Part shown: one piece after another, positions 51,965 to 61,201 of the stretch | Layout of the letters: each line of letters starts with the position of its first letter | Numbering within the stretch: position 1 is the first letter of the stretch | Origin: a virus | Lineage: Duplodnaviria > Heunggongvirae > Uroviricota > Caudoviricetes | Strand: one strand, 5' to 3' | Length of the DNA stretch: 64,000 nt | IMG/VR virus record: IMGVR_UViG_3300009537_004349 | Translations under genes and position numbers: made by a program | Notes under the pieces: model-generated | What the model was told of the DNA's origin: nothing | Database searches by the model: none | The model's input: the letters and a program-made list of their open reading frames with translations, nothing else

Positions 51965-52320
51965 TTCCCACCCGAGTAGAGCTTCTTAACTACGTCGGAC
52001 AATACCGATTCAGTGAGCATCTCTGCTACCTGACCCTTGTCTTCGTAGTCTTCTATCTGCACGTTGAGTTTGCCTTCTGGTGTAATAGTGATGTGCATGT
52101 TTAGAGCATCACCTATACGCATCCACCACGTACTATCTCCCATATGCTCTATGTGGAGCCAGTTGTCAACTACTAATTCATCAAAGAAGGACTTGCCATC
52201 GCCTCGAACATCCCTAAAGGCAGACTTCTCTCTATCACTTGGAGCATTAAACCTCCACTCGTAGCCTGCTGGGTATGTGTACTTAGGTTCGCCCATTGCT
52301 GTTCTCCAGTGTTGGGACAA
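51961..52320 (-). CDS. hypothetical protein
   Basis: 119-aa ORF. Confidence 0.5.
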   Translation of the reverse strand: MSQHWRTAMGEPKYTYPAGYEWRFNAPSDREKSAFRDVRGDGKSFFDELVVDNWLHIEHMGDSTWWMRIGDALNMHITITPEGKLNVQIEDYEDKGQVAEMLTESVLSDVVKKLYSGGK

Positions 52321-53200
52321 CTACATTCAAAGGCTTACCAATACTAATGCGTGCCTCTGAACCTCGGCAGAACTCATGCTCTTCCCAAGAATCAATACTG
52401 AGCAATCCCTCATTATCATTCAAAGAGTACAGCGTGACTTCTTCCCCTGGCGCAATATACTCAGCTGTAGGAGCTGATACGCCATTAGGGGTGGTACTAT
52501 ACATTTCAGTGACGGCAAAGCCACAGAACTTATCTCCAGGGCTCCAAGGCGGACGACTACTGGATGAGGCATACCATCCTGTACTGCCAGCTCCAGTGGC
52601 AAAGATGATACCAGAGCACTTCTGCTCATACTCTTTACCCTTGTACACTATGACATGGCGAGACATATGATTCCTTTGTCGCTCGCCAAAGAAATACTCG
52701 CTGGTAGCAGGAGTCACTTTTTGCCCATCAATAGTAGCTTCCAGTCTAGTCCAGGGCTCAATTACGAAATCTTCAAAGTCAATGGCTTCAACTAGATTAA
52801 AGATATCTTCTTCATCACCAATAGACCATCTAGTCAGACAACCTACACTGCGCTCAGGGTCAGAATTAATACCCAGGATAGGCAGGTCTCCAATTAGATG
52901 ACTAACACATGTGAAGCTGTTGTCGCCACCAAGAACTAGTACCATGTTGATATCTGACCGAAGCTCTATGCCCTTCAGCCCCCGAGCAGCCTGCAATGAA
53001 TCCATCATGATTAGTTCAGAGGATGGTAATGTGTTGGCCAAACATTCTCTAACGTTCACTTGTTTCTCGTGACTACACAGAATGGCATCTAAGTTAGCAT
53101 GTTCTTTGCTATACTTAGCCACAAGTTGTTCGTGAGAAAGACCAAAACATTTTCTCTCCCACTCATACTTAGAATGCTTCGCAACAACTAATATGTTCAT
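52283..53200 (-). CDS. NAD kinase-like protein (ATP-NAD/DAG-kinase fold)
   Basis: VLVLGGDNSF...ILGINSDPERSVGCLT vs NadK VVVGGDGSML...VIGINRGNLGFLT; IIFATGAGSTGWYASS vs LIISTPTGSTAYSLSAG; GGDG variant GGDN. Confidence 0.6.
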   Translation of the reverse strand: MNILVVAKHSKYEWERKCFGLSHEQLVAKYSKEHANLDAILCSHEKQVNVRECLANTLPSSELIMMDSLQAARGLKGIELRSDINMVLVLGGDNSFTCVSHLIGDLPILGINSDPERSVGCLTRWSIGDEEDIFNLVEAIDFEDFVIEPWTRLEATIDGQKVTPATSEYFFGERQRNHMSRHVIVYKGKEYEQKCSGIIFATGAGSTGWYASSSSRPPWSPGDKFCGFAVTEMYSTTPNGVSAPTAEYIAPGEEVTLYSLNDNEGLLSIDSWEEHEFCRGSEARISIGKPLNVVVPTLENSNGRT

Positions 53201-53379
53201 TCGACTTCTCTATCTAACTGGTCTCTGATAAGCTGGCGAACTAATTCATCGAACGTCACACCAAGCTCATCGGCTAATTCCTCTAGCTCCTGAACGAGTT
53301 CTTCTTCAAGCTCGATTTCGACCCCAATTAATTCTTGATCGTCATCATCATCCGACATCTTGCTCACTCTTTTTGCCAT
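53197..53379 (-). CDS. hypothetical highly acidic small protein
   Basis: 60 aa, D/E-rich. Confidence 0.4.
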   Translation of the reverse strand: MAKRVSKMSDDDDDQELIGVEIELEEELVQELEELADELGVTFDELVRQLIRDQLDREVE

Positions 53380-53710
53380 ACTTCTTCTTGAGGCGCAGAT
53401 ACTCCTTTAGCTCTGCCTGCTCAATACGCTGGCGTTCCATCGTCTCACGCTGTTCGCGCTCTTGACGCTCTGTATCAGTCTCATCTCGCGAGCCGGAAAG
53501 CAGCAATACTCCCGCGCCCTTCTTCTGTACAGCATACACTTTGAGTTCACTAAAGGGAGAAGTGACATGCTTGGCTTTCAGCTCCTGCAACTTCTCAATA
53601 AAGCTATCGAGTGTAACTGCATCTTGACCTTCAGCAGCGACGACCTCGATATCTTCGCTGACCTTCTTCACTTCAACTTCTGTTTCTTCACTCATTGTGC
53701 AATTCCTCAA
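53348..53710 (-). CDS. hypothetical charged protein
   Basis: 120-aa ORF. Confidence 0.5.
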   Translation of the reverse strand: MRNCTMSEETEVEVKKVSEDIEVVAAEGQDAVTLDSFIEKLQELKAKHVTSPFSELKVYAVQKKGAGVLLLSGSRDETDTERQEREQRETMERQRIEQAELKEYLRLKKKYGKKSEQDVG

Positions 53711-53978
53711 TTGATTTTCTTATGAATTCTTTTTTCTCACGCTCTTCCTCTGTAAGAACGTTATCGAACCACTCTTTAGATTCCTGAGAATACTTACCTC
53801 TCAGGTTCCACCTATCGTATCCAAAGTTATGGTTATATCCGTACTCTCTTTTCTCTAAGTACGATTCAAACCATACCCAGCGCTTATCTTCACAATGCTT
53901 TGGTAAAAAGGCAAAGACCTTGCACCAAGCAACATCTCCGAACCTGGGATTAGGCGTCTTGCCCGTGCCCCACCTCAT
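53688..53978 (-). CDS. hypothetical protein
   Basis: 96-aa ORF. Confidence 0.45.
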   Translation of the reverse strand: MRWGTGKTPNPRFGDVAWCKVFAFLPKHCEDKRWVWFESYLEKREYGYNHNFGYDRWNLRGKYSQESKEWFDNVLTEEEREKKEFIRKSIEELHNE

Positions 53979-54454
53979 CGCTGGAAACGTCCTGCCATTC
54001 GCTTGATAGCCTCAAGTGGAACACCATGCACATTGCGTTCAGCGTACAATCTGAGGCTTTCTTCATCAAAGCTACCAACAGTATGCTGGACAACCCGGTA
54101 ACCGTTGCGCTTGGCCATCTTCTTATAAGGGGCCATTTCCTTTTCCATAGTATTGGTGTTGTCGATGATAACTACAGTAACACCCTTCTGCATAGCTGTG
54201 TCCGCTGTGTGCTTAGAATAACCGTGAGCGTTGCCCAGCTTATCCCTGTCGAAGTGATAGTTTCCGTCTTCGTCAGTAAAGTAATCATCTGCGGAGCATT
54301 TGACTAAACTGAGCCCCAGCGTCTTGCAGGCTTCCATTACTGCCTTTACATACGTCGACTTTCCGCTCCCCGGAACCCCTCTCATCAGCAACAGCGTCTT
54401 TTGCAGACTGGACTTCTCGTCCTCCAACATCTTCAAAATGTCTTTTGAACTCAT
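53975..54454 (-). CDS. polynucleotide 5'-kinase-like P-loop protein (T4 Pnk kinase-domain homologue); true start may be internal
   Basis: GVPGSGKSTYVKAV...DDYF and KGVTVVIIDNTN...GYRVVQHTV...VPLEAIKRM parallel T4 Pnk GCPGSGKSTWAREF...RDDYR and KGVIISDTNLN...GWKVEHKVF...VPIDVLRSM; 170-bp overlap with the upstream ORF. Confidence 0.6.
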   Translation of the reverse strand: MSSKDILKMLEDEKSSLQKTLLLMRGVPGSGKSTYVKAVMEACKTLGLSLVKCSADDYFTDEDGNYHFDRDKLGNAHGYSKHTADTAMQKGVTVVIIDNTNTMEKEMAPYKKMAKRNGYRVVQHTVGSFDEESLRLYAERNVHGVPLEAIKRMAGRFQR

Positions 54455-54791
54455 AATTCATCTCCAATGCCACTTTCATTGTAGACTTGGCAATATCTTC
54501 TTCCTTGCCCTCAATTTCTTCGCCATTTCTCAGCTTAGAACGGACAACGGAGTTAAGAGCTTCTTTAGCAAACTCTCTTATATTATTCCTATCACTATCT
54601 AGATGGTGTATACGTTCATACAAATCTTTGGCACGAGCTATAGCTTCCTTCTCATTCATGGCATAAACCATCATGCCAAAATCAATGTTGGGCAGGGAGT
54701 CGATAGTAGCACACCCTAAAGCTGTACCCCAAGATTCATCAGAGTGGAGACTTCTATAGACATAGAACGTCTCTAACTTACTAGAATCCAC
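54285..54791 (-). CDS. hypothetical protein; C-terminal frame overlaps the Pnk-like gene
   Basis: 168-aa ORF; overlap leaves its true 3' end uncertain. Confidence 0.4.
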   Translation of the reverse strand: MDSSKLETFYVYRSLHSDESWGTALGCATIDSLPNIDFGMMVYAMNEKEAIARAKDLYERIHHLDSDRNNIREFAKEALNSVVRSKLRNGEEIEGKEEDIAKSTMKVALEMNYEFKRHFEDVGGREVQSAKDAVADERGSGERKVDVCKGSNGSLQDAGAQFSQMLRR

Positions 54792-54802
54792 AGGAGGCTC
54801 CT

Positions 54803-55498
54803 TTACTTGCGAGTTACCGCTCGTCTTGCTCGATTCTCCTCAGCAACTTCAGCCATGACTTCATCACTCGTAACTACTTGTACACCAGCGTCTTGCATTT
54901 CTTGTACAGCTTTGTCAGAGTCAGCAGGATCCAAATTAACCCCGCGACAGCCATCCAGAACAAGCCTTGTGTCAAACCCCAAAGCCACTGAATCAAGGGC
55001 TGTAAACTTGACGCAATAGTCCGTAGCAAGCCCCATAACATAAACAGTAGTAACGCCCCTGCCCCTGAGAAAATCTCCCAGGCCCGTCGAATACCTGACT
55101 TCTTCTCCATTGATAATAGCCTTGTTGTCAAAAAATGCCGAATAAGAATCAACAGAGACTCTCATTCCTTTGCGAAAGAGTGCTGTCAGATGCGTCACAT
55201 CAAGATTCGAATGAAGTTCGGAACCCTGAGTTCCCCAAACACAATGGTCTGGCCACATGACCTGCGGCACACCATTCAACTCTCCCAATGACATTACCTC
55301 TGCACCTTCGTTGTTAGATGCAAAGCTCCTGTGTGCAGGTGGATGATAGTCCTGAGTAGCTACGACAAGGGCCTCATCGCCTAAGAAACCCCACTGAAGT
55401 TTATTAGCGACAGCCATTACCTCATCGCCTGTATTAACTGCTAATGCCCCGCCAGGACAAAAATCATTCTGAAGGTCTACTAAGATTAACGCTTTCAT
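54803..55498 (-). CDS. pncA: nicotinamidase/pyrazinamidase (isochorismatase family)
   Basis: MKALILVDLQNDFCPGGALAV..., WPDHCV, DSYSAFFDN, MGLATDYCVKFTALD align along the length of E. coli PncA including the catalytic Cys. Confidence 0.85.
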   Translation of the reverse strand: MKALILVDLQNDFCPGGALAVNTGDEVMAVANKLQWGFLGDEALVVATQDYHPPAHRSFASNNEGAEVMSLGELNGVPQVMWPDHCVWGTQGSELHSNLDVTHLTALFRKGMRVSVDSYSAFFDNKAIINGEEVRYSTGLGDFLRGRGVTTVYVMGLATDYCVKFTALDSVALGFDTRLVLDGCRGVNLDPADSDKAVQEMQDAGVQVVTSDEVMAEVAEENRARRAVTRK

Positions 55499-56048
55499 TG
55501 TATTGCTCCTCTGTCAATTTAGACAGGTGTGTGAGCTTGATAGAATACTCTCCGCCTCCACCAATAACGTCGCGTTCACATCTTACCCTGCCATCTATAA
55601 TTCCTGTTACTTGAACATAATCTTCTTTGTGTATTTCAAGTAGCAGGTCTAATACCTGGTCGTCTGCTTCTGTAAGTATAGCCTGAATAACCGTAGTGTG
55701 TGTATCGTATGCTGTGTTCTCTACATAAAGATTTATGTAGAGTCTTTCCTCATCACTATGGTCAAAGACATATCGGACTTTACCTGCGAATGAAACGTGA
55801 GTTCCTTTTATTTTTCCCCACTTTTCATTCGCATACTTCACAGCCTGCATATGAGTTGTGTTCTTTGGTAGCCTCTCACAAACATTCCAGGGATAGGGTC
55901 CGTCAGAAGATTTACTAACTTCTTGTTCTACTCTATTCTTCCTAGAAAAATCTGATTCAGTGAGAACAACAGTAAACATGGTGGCAAACATACCCAGTAG
56001 AGCACCAAGCATCATACCTAGAACAAACCTATCTACTGTCATTTTCAC
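55464..56048 (-). CDS. hypothetical membrane-anchored protein
   Basis: 194 aa, N-terminal TM helix. Confidence 0.5.
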   Translation of the reverse strand: MKMTVDRFVLGMMLGALLGMFATMFTVVLTESDFSRKNRVEQEVSKSSDGPYPWNVCERLPKNTTHMQAVKYANEKWGKIKGTHVSFAGKVRYVFDHSDEERLYINLYVENTAYDTHTTVIQAILTEADDQVLDLLLEIHKEDYVQVTGIIDGRVRCERDVIGGGGEYSIKLTHLSKLTEEQYNESVNLSRPSE

Positions 56049-56430
56049 TAGCCTCCCGCTTCATCTCTGAGAGAAACTTTACAGCCTCGTCTTTATCCTT
56101 AATGCAAGCTGACACTCTGTCTGTACTACCATTCGTTCTCTCTTGAACAACATAATAGCAATCATCCCAAGCATCCATGTGAAATACGTTTGTCAATCTT
56201 GCGGGAGGTTCATCTGGAACCAATACATTATACGAAACGATACTGGACGCCAAAATAAAAGCCAGTCCTACAAGGGCGGACACCACCTGCGCGCCTTCGC
56301 TTTCGCAATAGCTCTCCCACATTCTGCTGACACCAAAAATAGGACGGGGTTTTTCTTTCAACTGCCTCTTAAGGTCAGCGTTTTCTTGTTCAAGCTTGTC
56401 AATCAGTTTGGTCAGTATCTCGTCGCTCAT
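56029..56430 (-). CDS. hypothetical membrane protein
   Basis: 133 aa, central TM helix. Confidence 0.45.
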   Translation of the reverse strand: MSDEILTKLIDKLEQENADLKRQLKEKPRPIFGVSRMWESYCESEGAQVVSALVGLAFILASSIVSYNVLVPDEPPARLTNVFHMDAWDDCYYVVQERTNGSTDRVSACIKDKDEAVKFLSEMKREASENDSR

Positions 56431-58333
56431 TGATATACTTCCACATGTCTTCCAGTTCTATTGTGAAGCCCCCGGAAAGAATCGGGAACCTACACCAGCT
56501 TTTTGGGTCAAGGTTCTTATCATCTACATGGAACGACGGAGCATATCGCTCTCTCTTCCATTGGTTTCTAGACCATAGTCTAAAGAACTTCTCAATCCAA
56601 ACGCCTAATTGATTATCGTCAAACTTGCCCCTTAATGTCTTAAACACTTCGAGAGGCGGCTTCTTATCTCTAATAGCCAGACCTTCAATCGTATCAAGCA
56701 AATCATACGGCATAAGGTCTGATTCATCGTGCTGATTATACTTCTCTGGTCTTAATTCTGCGGTGGGCTTTTGTTCGATAACCAAGTCGAGTGACTTCCA
56801 AACGAACTCATTTCGTACCCACACCAACCACTTAAGCAGAAAATCCTTATCAATCCCTGCCAGTGGACTTAAGCCACCACAAGTATCTCCATCCATAGTT
56901 GCGTACCCAACAGCTGCCTCAGAACGATTACTTGTAGCCAATAAGATAGCGTTATTCAAGTTTGCTACCATCCAAGCGCTTGGTGCTCGTGCTCGTGCTT
57001 GAATGTTCTGCATGGTGATATCATCAGTATCCCAGCTTAGCTCGCGACCGATAGCTCTCTCGACTCTAGCTGTATACATCTCCACCATTGCATCTACATC
57101 CAGCTCCATATAATCAGCGCCGAGTTCCTCAGCTACAGCTCTTGCTGCGTTCTGAGTTATGGTAGTACTATGTCGTGTGGGCTGGTAAATGCAAGTAAGG
57201 AACGCTCTTGTAGCAGTATACTTAAGCTTCCTTTCAAAGGCGTCTTTGTAATCCTTTCTTCCATAGTAGGGAATAAGTCTTACCAAACATGCTGCTGCTG
57301 TAGAATCTGCGCCCCCGCTAAGTGAGACAACAAATCCATTCGACCTTGTTTTGCGCATGTAATCAAACATACCCAAGCACATTGCGCGTGTGAACTCTTC
57401 GAACTCTGAAGCAAGCTCTGTGCTAATAGGTGCAGAAGGTTCCGCATCAGTTAACGGAGACTCAGCTCCCAGAATATCTTCAAAGTTATAGGCTCCTTGA
57501 AGATTTGGCTGATACGAACCCAGTCTCATTCTGTTCTGAGTATTGATGTCCAGGTCAACTACTGCTGTGGTTAGCTGCCCACTGTTATAGCTGAACCTAT
57601 CACCGTTTGCTACCACAACACCATTGTTGGCGATGATAGTATCACCATCATAAATGGTTCGTCCAGACTCATTGCCAAGCAGATTGCAGTAAACATAAGC
57701 TACATTAAGAGAGCGTGAACCCTCTTCCACAATCCGCAACCTGTTTTTGTGCTTGCCGAATGCAAAATGGCTTGCACTGGGATTAAGGATTACCTCAACA
57801 CCATCAGAGGCTAATTTAGCTCCCACTCTATTTGCTGCCCAAGCATCTTCACAAATCTCAAATCCAATCTTGACGCCGCCGAAATCGAATCTTAAGTCAC
57901 CAATCTGAGTATCCAACTCATTGTGATACTCGGTAACCCCGATAGGCCAAGGCTTGAACCAACGATGTTCATAATGCACACCATCATTAGCGAGATGCTT
58001 CTTGGGTACAAGACCAGCAATCTCCCCATTGGATAGCACTGCTACACAGTTGTACAGTGCTCCCTTGTGCAACACTGGCAGACCCACACACACAAACATA
58101 TCTGTAGCTGCTGATGCTACTGGCTCAAGATATGAATAAGCTCTCTTGATTAGTGATGGGGAATGGAATTGGTCCTCGCATCCATAGCCAGTAATGCAAA
58201 GCTCAGGCAAGCAAAGGATTCTTACATCCTCCTCTTTAGCCCTTTGAATAGCGTAATAAACATTGTTTAGATTGTTTTGCCAATCCAGAGGAGTTTGGTT
58301 TAGTGCTGCTGCCCCGAGCTTTACTCTTCGCAT
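56399..58333 (-). CDS. nadE: glutamine-dependent NAD+ synthetase (N-terminal nitrilase/CN-hydrolase domain + C-terminal PP-loop NAD synthase domain)
   Basis: LCLPELCITGY and FEICEDAW (CN-hydrolase E/K/C triad context); VVSLSGGADSTAAA PP-loop. Confidence 0.85.
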   Translation of the reverse strand: MRRVKLGAAALNQTPLDWQNNLNNVYYAIQRAKEEDVRILCLPELCITGYGCEDQFHSPSLIKRAYSYLEPVASAATDMFVCVGLPVLHKGALYNCVAVLSNGEIAGLVPKKHLANDGVHYEHRWFKPWPIGVTEYHNELDTQIGDLRFDFGGVKIGFEICEDAWAANRVGAKLASDGVEVILNPSASHFAFGKHKNRLRIVEEGSRSLNVAYVYCNLLGNESGRTIYDGDTIIANNGVVVANGDRFSYNSGQLTTAVVDLDINTQNRMRLGSYQPNLQGAYNFEDILGAESPLTDAEPSAPISTELASEFEEFTRAMCLGMFDYMRKTRSNGFVVSLSGGADSTAAACLVRLIPYYGRKDYKDAFERKLKYTATRAFLTCIYQPTRHSTTITQNAARAVAEELGADYMELDVDAMVEMYTARVERAIGRELSWDTDDITMQNIQARARAPSAWMVANLNNAILLATSNRSEAAVGYATMDGDTCGGLSPLAGIDKDFLLKWLVWVRNEFVWKSLDLVIEQKPTAELRPEKYNQHDESDLMPYDLLDTIEGLAIRDKKPPLEVFKTLRGKFDDNQLGVWIEKFFRLWSRNQWKRERYAPSFHVDDKNLDPKSWCRFPILSGGFTIELEDMWKYINERRDTDQTD

Positions 58334-58336
58334 GTC

Positions 58337-59497
58337 TTAATCCTTGATTTGAAATACCTTTTTCAGGTACTTGACGTATTCTTCATCGCGACACATTCCC
58401 TTGCCAGCGCTGTCAGAAATCTTAGCGACCGGTCTACCATTACATTCTACAATTTTCATCACGATTTGTAAAGGGGTAATGCCATCGAAGTCATTTGTCA
58501 GGTTTGTACCAATGCCGAAGCTGACGTTGATATCTTTATTAAGCCCATCATACAAGGCTTTAGCTTTCTCAAGGCTTAGACCATCGCTGAATACCAGGGT
58601 CTTGGTCTTAGGGTCAATGCCCAGCTTTTTGTAGTGTTCAATGGCTGCCGCTGCCCACCAAAAAGGGTCGCCGCTATCGTGCCTAAGTCCGTCATAGAGC
58701 TTAGCAAAATACAGGTCGAAGTCCCTAAGGAATGCGTCAAACCCAACCACATCGGTCAGTGCGATACCCAGGTCTCCTCGGTACTCATCCACCCACGCTT
58801 GCAACATTCGCTTCTGTGAATCAATCAGCGGAACATCTAAAGCCTGTCCCACCTGAAGGAACTCGTGAGCCATAGTCCCAATAGGAGTTAGTCCATAATT
58901 TTTGGCAAAGAATACATTTGAGGTACCCCTAAATTGCTCTATTAGGTCAGAGCAACTTAATCTGTCTATTACCTCATCATGCCAATCGTGACTAAATCTT
59001 CTTCTAGTGCCAAAATCTACGAATGAAAATCTTGATGCTTTGGCAACTTCAATCTTATCTATTAGCTTTTTTAATCCATTCTCTAATAGCTCATCTGTGG
59101 CATAGTCTGAAAAGTATACCTCATTCGCAATAGCGAGTACAGGGACCTCCCAATAAACTGTGAGGAACCACGGACCTTTGACAGTGATGCTAAGCTCACC
59201 GTCTTTGTGTTCCACATTCAAGTGAGATAAGTCAGGGCGATAAAGTTTCAGGAAATCGATGTAGCTGTCCTTAAAGAACCTAATGTTCCTCAAGTAATCC
59301 AGCTCATCTTCAGTGAATTTTAGAAGGGAAAAATGTTCCAGCTCATGTCTAATACGTCCAACCTTTGCAGGCGTCCACTCAGCATCATTGCGACACTTGA
59401 ATTCGTACTCGACATTTACCCAGGGGAATTGATGTAGGGCGACTTGGCCCATCGTGAACTTGTACAGGTCTGTATCAAGTAGGCTTGTTACTATCAT
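58337..59497 (-). CDS. pncB: nicotinate phosphoribosyltransferase
   Basis: SLLDTDLYKFTMGQVALHQFP...EYEFKCRN parallels E. coli PncB [20 protein letters not shown]...EFRCRG; 386 aa. Confidence 0.85.
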   Translation of the reverse strand: MIVTSLLDTDLYKFTMGQVALHQFPWVNVEYEFKCRNDAEWTPAKVGRIRHELEHFSLLKFTEDELDYLRNIRFFKDSYIDFLKLYRPDLSHLNVEHKDGELSITVKGPWFLTVYWEVPVLAIANEVYFSDYATDELLENGLKKLIDKIEVAKASRFSFVDFGTRRRFSHDWHDEVIDRLSCSDLIEQFRGTSNVFFAKNYGLTPIGTMAHEFLQVGQALDVPLIDSQKRMLQAWVDEYRGDLGIALTDVVGFDAFLRDFDLYFAKLYDGLRHDSGDPFWWAAAAIEHYKKLGIDPKTKTLVFSDGLSLEKAKALYDGLNKDINVSFGIGTNLTNDFDGITPLQIVMKIVECNGRPVAKISDSAGKGMCRDEEYVKYLKKVFQIKD

Positions 59498-60005
59498 CGG
59501 TCTTACTCAGCTCTTTCTCAAGTCGCTTGTTTTCTCGACTTAGTATTTGACAGGCTTCTTCTAATTCAGCAACCCTGTCTTCCCACGCCGCCTGCCTTAA
59601 ATCTATCACTGCGGATTTGACACGGTACTTCTCGATTGAATCTTGGTAATCCTCTTTGTACTTCTTCAACTCTTGCTTCGTTTTGTTAAGCTCAGAAGTC
59701 AGACTGTCAATCTTGGCTTTTACTTCTACAGCAAACTCCTTGACTTGCCCAACTAAAATATCGCTGGCTCTTTCAAAACCTTCAGCATACTTCTTACGAC
59801 TTGCAATAGAACTAAACGCAACCAGTTTACCGTCTATGATAACATCGATTCGCTTGTCCTTCTGTCTCTTCAAAAACTTACACAGGTCATAAAGATGACT
59901 TCCATCTTCTATATCAGCTCTAAAAGCTTTGTGCTGTTGCTTGTTCTTTACCTGTTTAATCTGTAACCTTGAGTTCATAACCCGCCTTTCGTTGGCGGAA
60001 GGCAA
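59475..60005 (-). CDS. hypothetical coiled-coil protein
   Basis: 176 aa, heptad-rich C-terminal half. Confidence 0.5.
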   Translation of the reverse strand: MPSANERRVMNSRLQIKQVKNKQQHKAFRADIEDGSHLYDLCKFLKRQKDKRIDVIIDGKLVAFSSIASRKKYAEGFERASDILVGQVKEFAVEVKAKIDSLTSELNKTKQELKKYKEDYQDSIEKYRVKSAVIDLRQAAWEDRVAELEEACQILSRENKRLEKELSKTDDSNKPT

Positions 60006-60084
60006 GGGATTCGAACCCTCATCACACAGTTAAGGTGAACTGGTTTAGCAAACCAGCGCAGCAAGCCGTATCTGCCTACCTTCC
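59993..60084 (-). tRNA. tRNA-Ser (anticodon GCU), type II
   Basis: GGAAGGT acceptor, GCAG/CTGC D-stem, anticodon arm CTGGT-TTGCTAA-ACCAG, long variable arm, GGTTCGAATCC, CCA. Confidence 0.65.
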
Positions 60085-60085
60085 A

Positions 60086-60349
60086 TCATCTCTGCCACAG
60101 TAATGTCTCTATTAAGAACTGGGCTTTTTGTGAAGGCTGTTTAGTTAGGAACCCACGACCTCTCGCCTGTGAATAGTTTGGCTTGCGCTTAAACTGTTTT
60201 ACAGTAGGGTCAAGTATGAGTCCCGATTCGTGTCTTAAAAACCAATGAGAATCGCCTTCGTGTCTCATATTCATTGGTGTCCAACCTGCCTGCTTCCCAC
60301 CCATTAGATGGTATAGCGCTTCACAGGTTGCGTAACAATTTCCTCTCAT
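60086..60349 (-). CDS. hypothetical protein
   Basis: 87-aa ORF. Confidence 0.45.
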   Translation of the reverse strand: MRGNCYATCEALYHLMGGKQAGWTPMNMRHEGDSHWFLRHESGLILDPTVKQFKRKPNYSQARGRGFLTKQPSQKAQFLIETLLWQR

Positions 60350-60651
60350 AGCTCTGCCAGTTTGATAATGAACAATGTCTCAATCATGTGTTCAAGTGAG
60401 TCAAACTTTTCTCCCTGGCTCCACCTGACTGCATCTAATCCATGTAGTACGCAGGGGACACGCTTTCTGGCTGTTACCTTATGCACACTCTTAAGTTCAT
60501 GCGCATTGTCTTCCATACTTCGTGCAAGCTCGCTGTCCTTATGAACTACTGTTAGTTGCCCATAGTGACTGCTGTAAAACTTATAGTCCGACAGTCCCTT
60601 GTTCTGTTTCCAGTTACGGAACTCATATCGTCTACGTTCACCTTTAGTCAT
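60346..60651 (-). CDS. hypothetical protein (start at Met63 after tRNA-Gly)
   Basis: ATG at 60649-60651. Confidence 0.45.
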   Translation of the reverse strand: MTKGERRRYEFRNWKQNKGLSDYKFYSSHYGQLTVVHKDSELARSMEDNAHELKSVHKVTARKRVPCVLHGLDAVRWSQGEKFDSLEHMIETLFIIKLAEL

Positions 60652-60659
60652 ATCGTTTC

Positions 60660-60737
60660 TGGAGCCCGTACTCGGATTCGAACCGAGGACCCTCTGCTTG
60701 GAAGGCAGACGCTCTAATACCGCTGAGCTACACGGGC
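60660..60737 (-). tRNA. tRNA-Gly (anticodon UCC)
   Basis: GCCCGTG acceptor, TAGCTCAGCGG D-arm, anticodon arm TCTGC-CTTCCAA-GCAGA, GGTTCGAATCC, CCA. Confidence 0.7.
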
Positions 60738-61201
60738 TTGATTTTTTGAATAGCTCTAAACATCGAGCTAGAAATGTGCGAAAGGTTTCTATCACAGATG
60801 AAATATACAATAGGAATCTCCAGACCCAAATCCTCATTCCAATATTGCTGGTTCATCTCATACTGTAGGTCGTGTCCGTTTCGTAGACCTCGAATCACAG
60901 CATTCAAATTGTGCTTCTTAACTTCATCTACCAGGAACCCAGCAAAGGATACCACTTTAACTCGATAGTTTTCATAGTTGCCTACTTCATCACCAAGTTC
61001 TTCGTTAATAGCATCAGCTAACTGGTTGTCGCTTAGCTTAAAGCTCTCGATGTCTTTCTCAGGATTGTAACCACGAGCTACAATAATCTCATCGAATACT
61101 TTGAGAGCCTTGTTAAGAATATCAGCATGACCCTTGTGCCAAGGATTAAATGAGCCAGGATAGATTGCTCTACTCACTGTCTGATACCACATCTTCTTCA
61201 T
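60728..61201 (-). CDS. cytidylyltransferase-fold adenylyltransferase, closest to phosphopantetheine adenylyltransferase (CoaD/PPAT); candidate NaMN/NMN adenylyltransferase
   Basis: RAIYPGSFNPWHKGHADIL vs CoaD RAIYPGTFDPITNGHIDIV; AVIRGLRNGHDLQYEM...SHISSSMFRAI vs VLIRGLRAVADFEYEM...SFISSSLVKEV; 157 aa. Confidence 0.65.
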   Translation of the reverse strand: MKKMWYQTVSRAIYPGSFNPWHKGHADILNKALKVFDEIIVARGYNPEKDIESFKLSDNQLADAINEELGDEVGNYENYRVKVVSFAGFLVDEVKKHNLNAVIRGLRNGHDLQYEMNQQYWNEDLGLEIPIVYFICDRNLSHISSSMFRAIQKIKPV

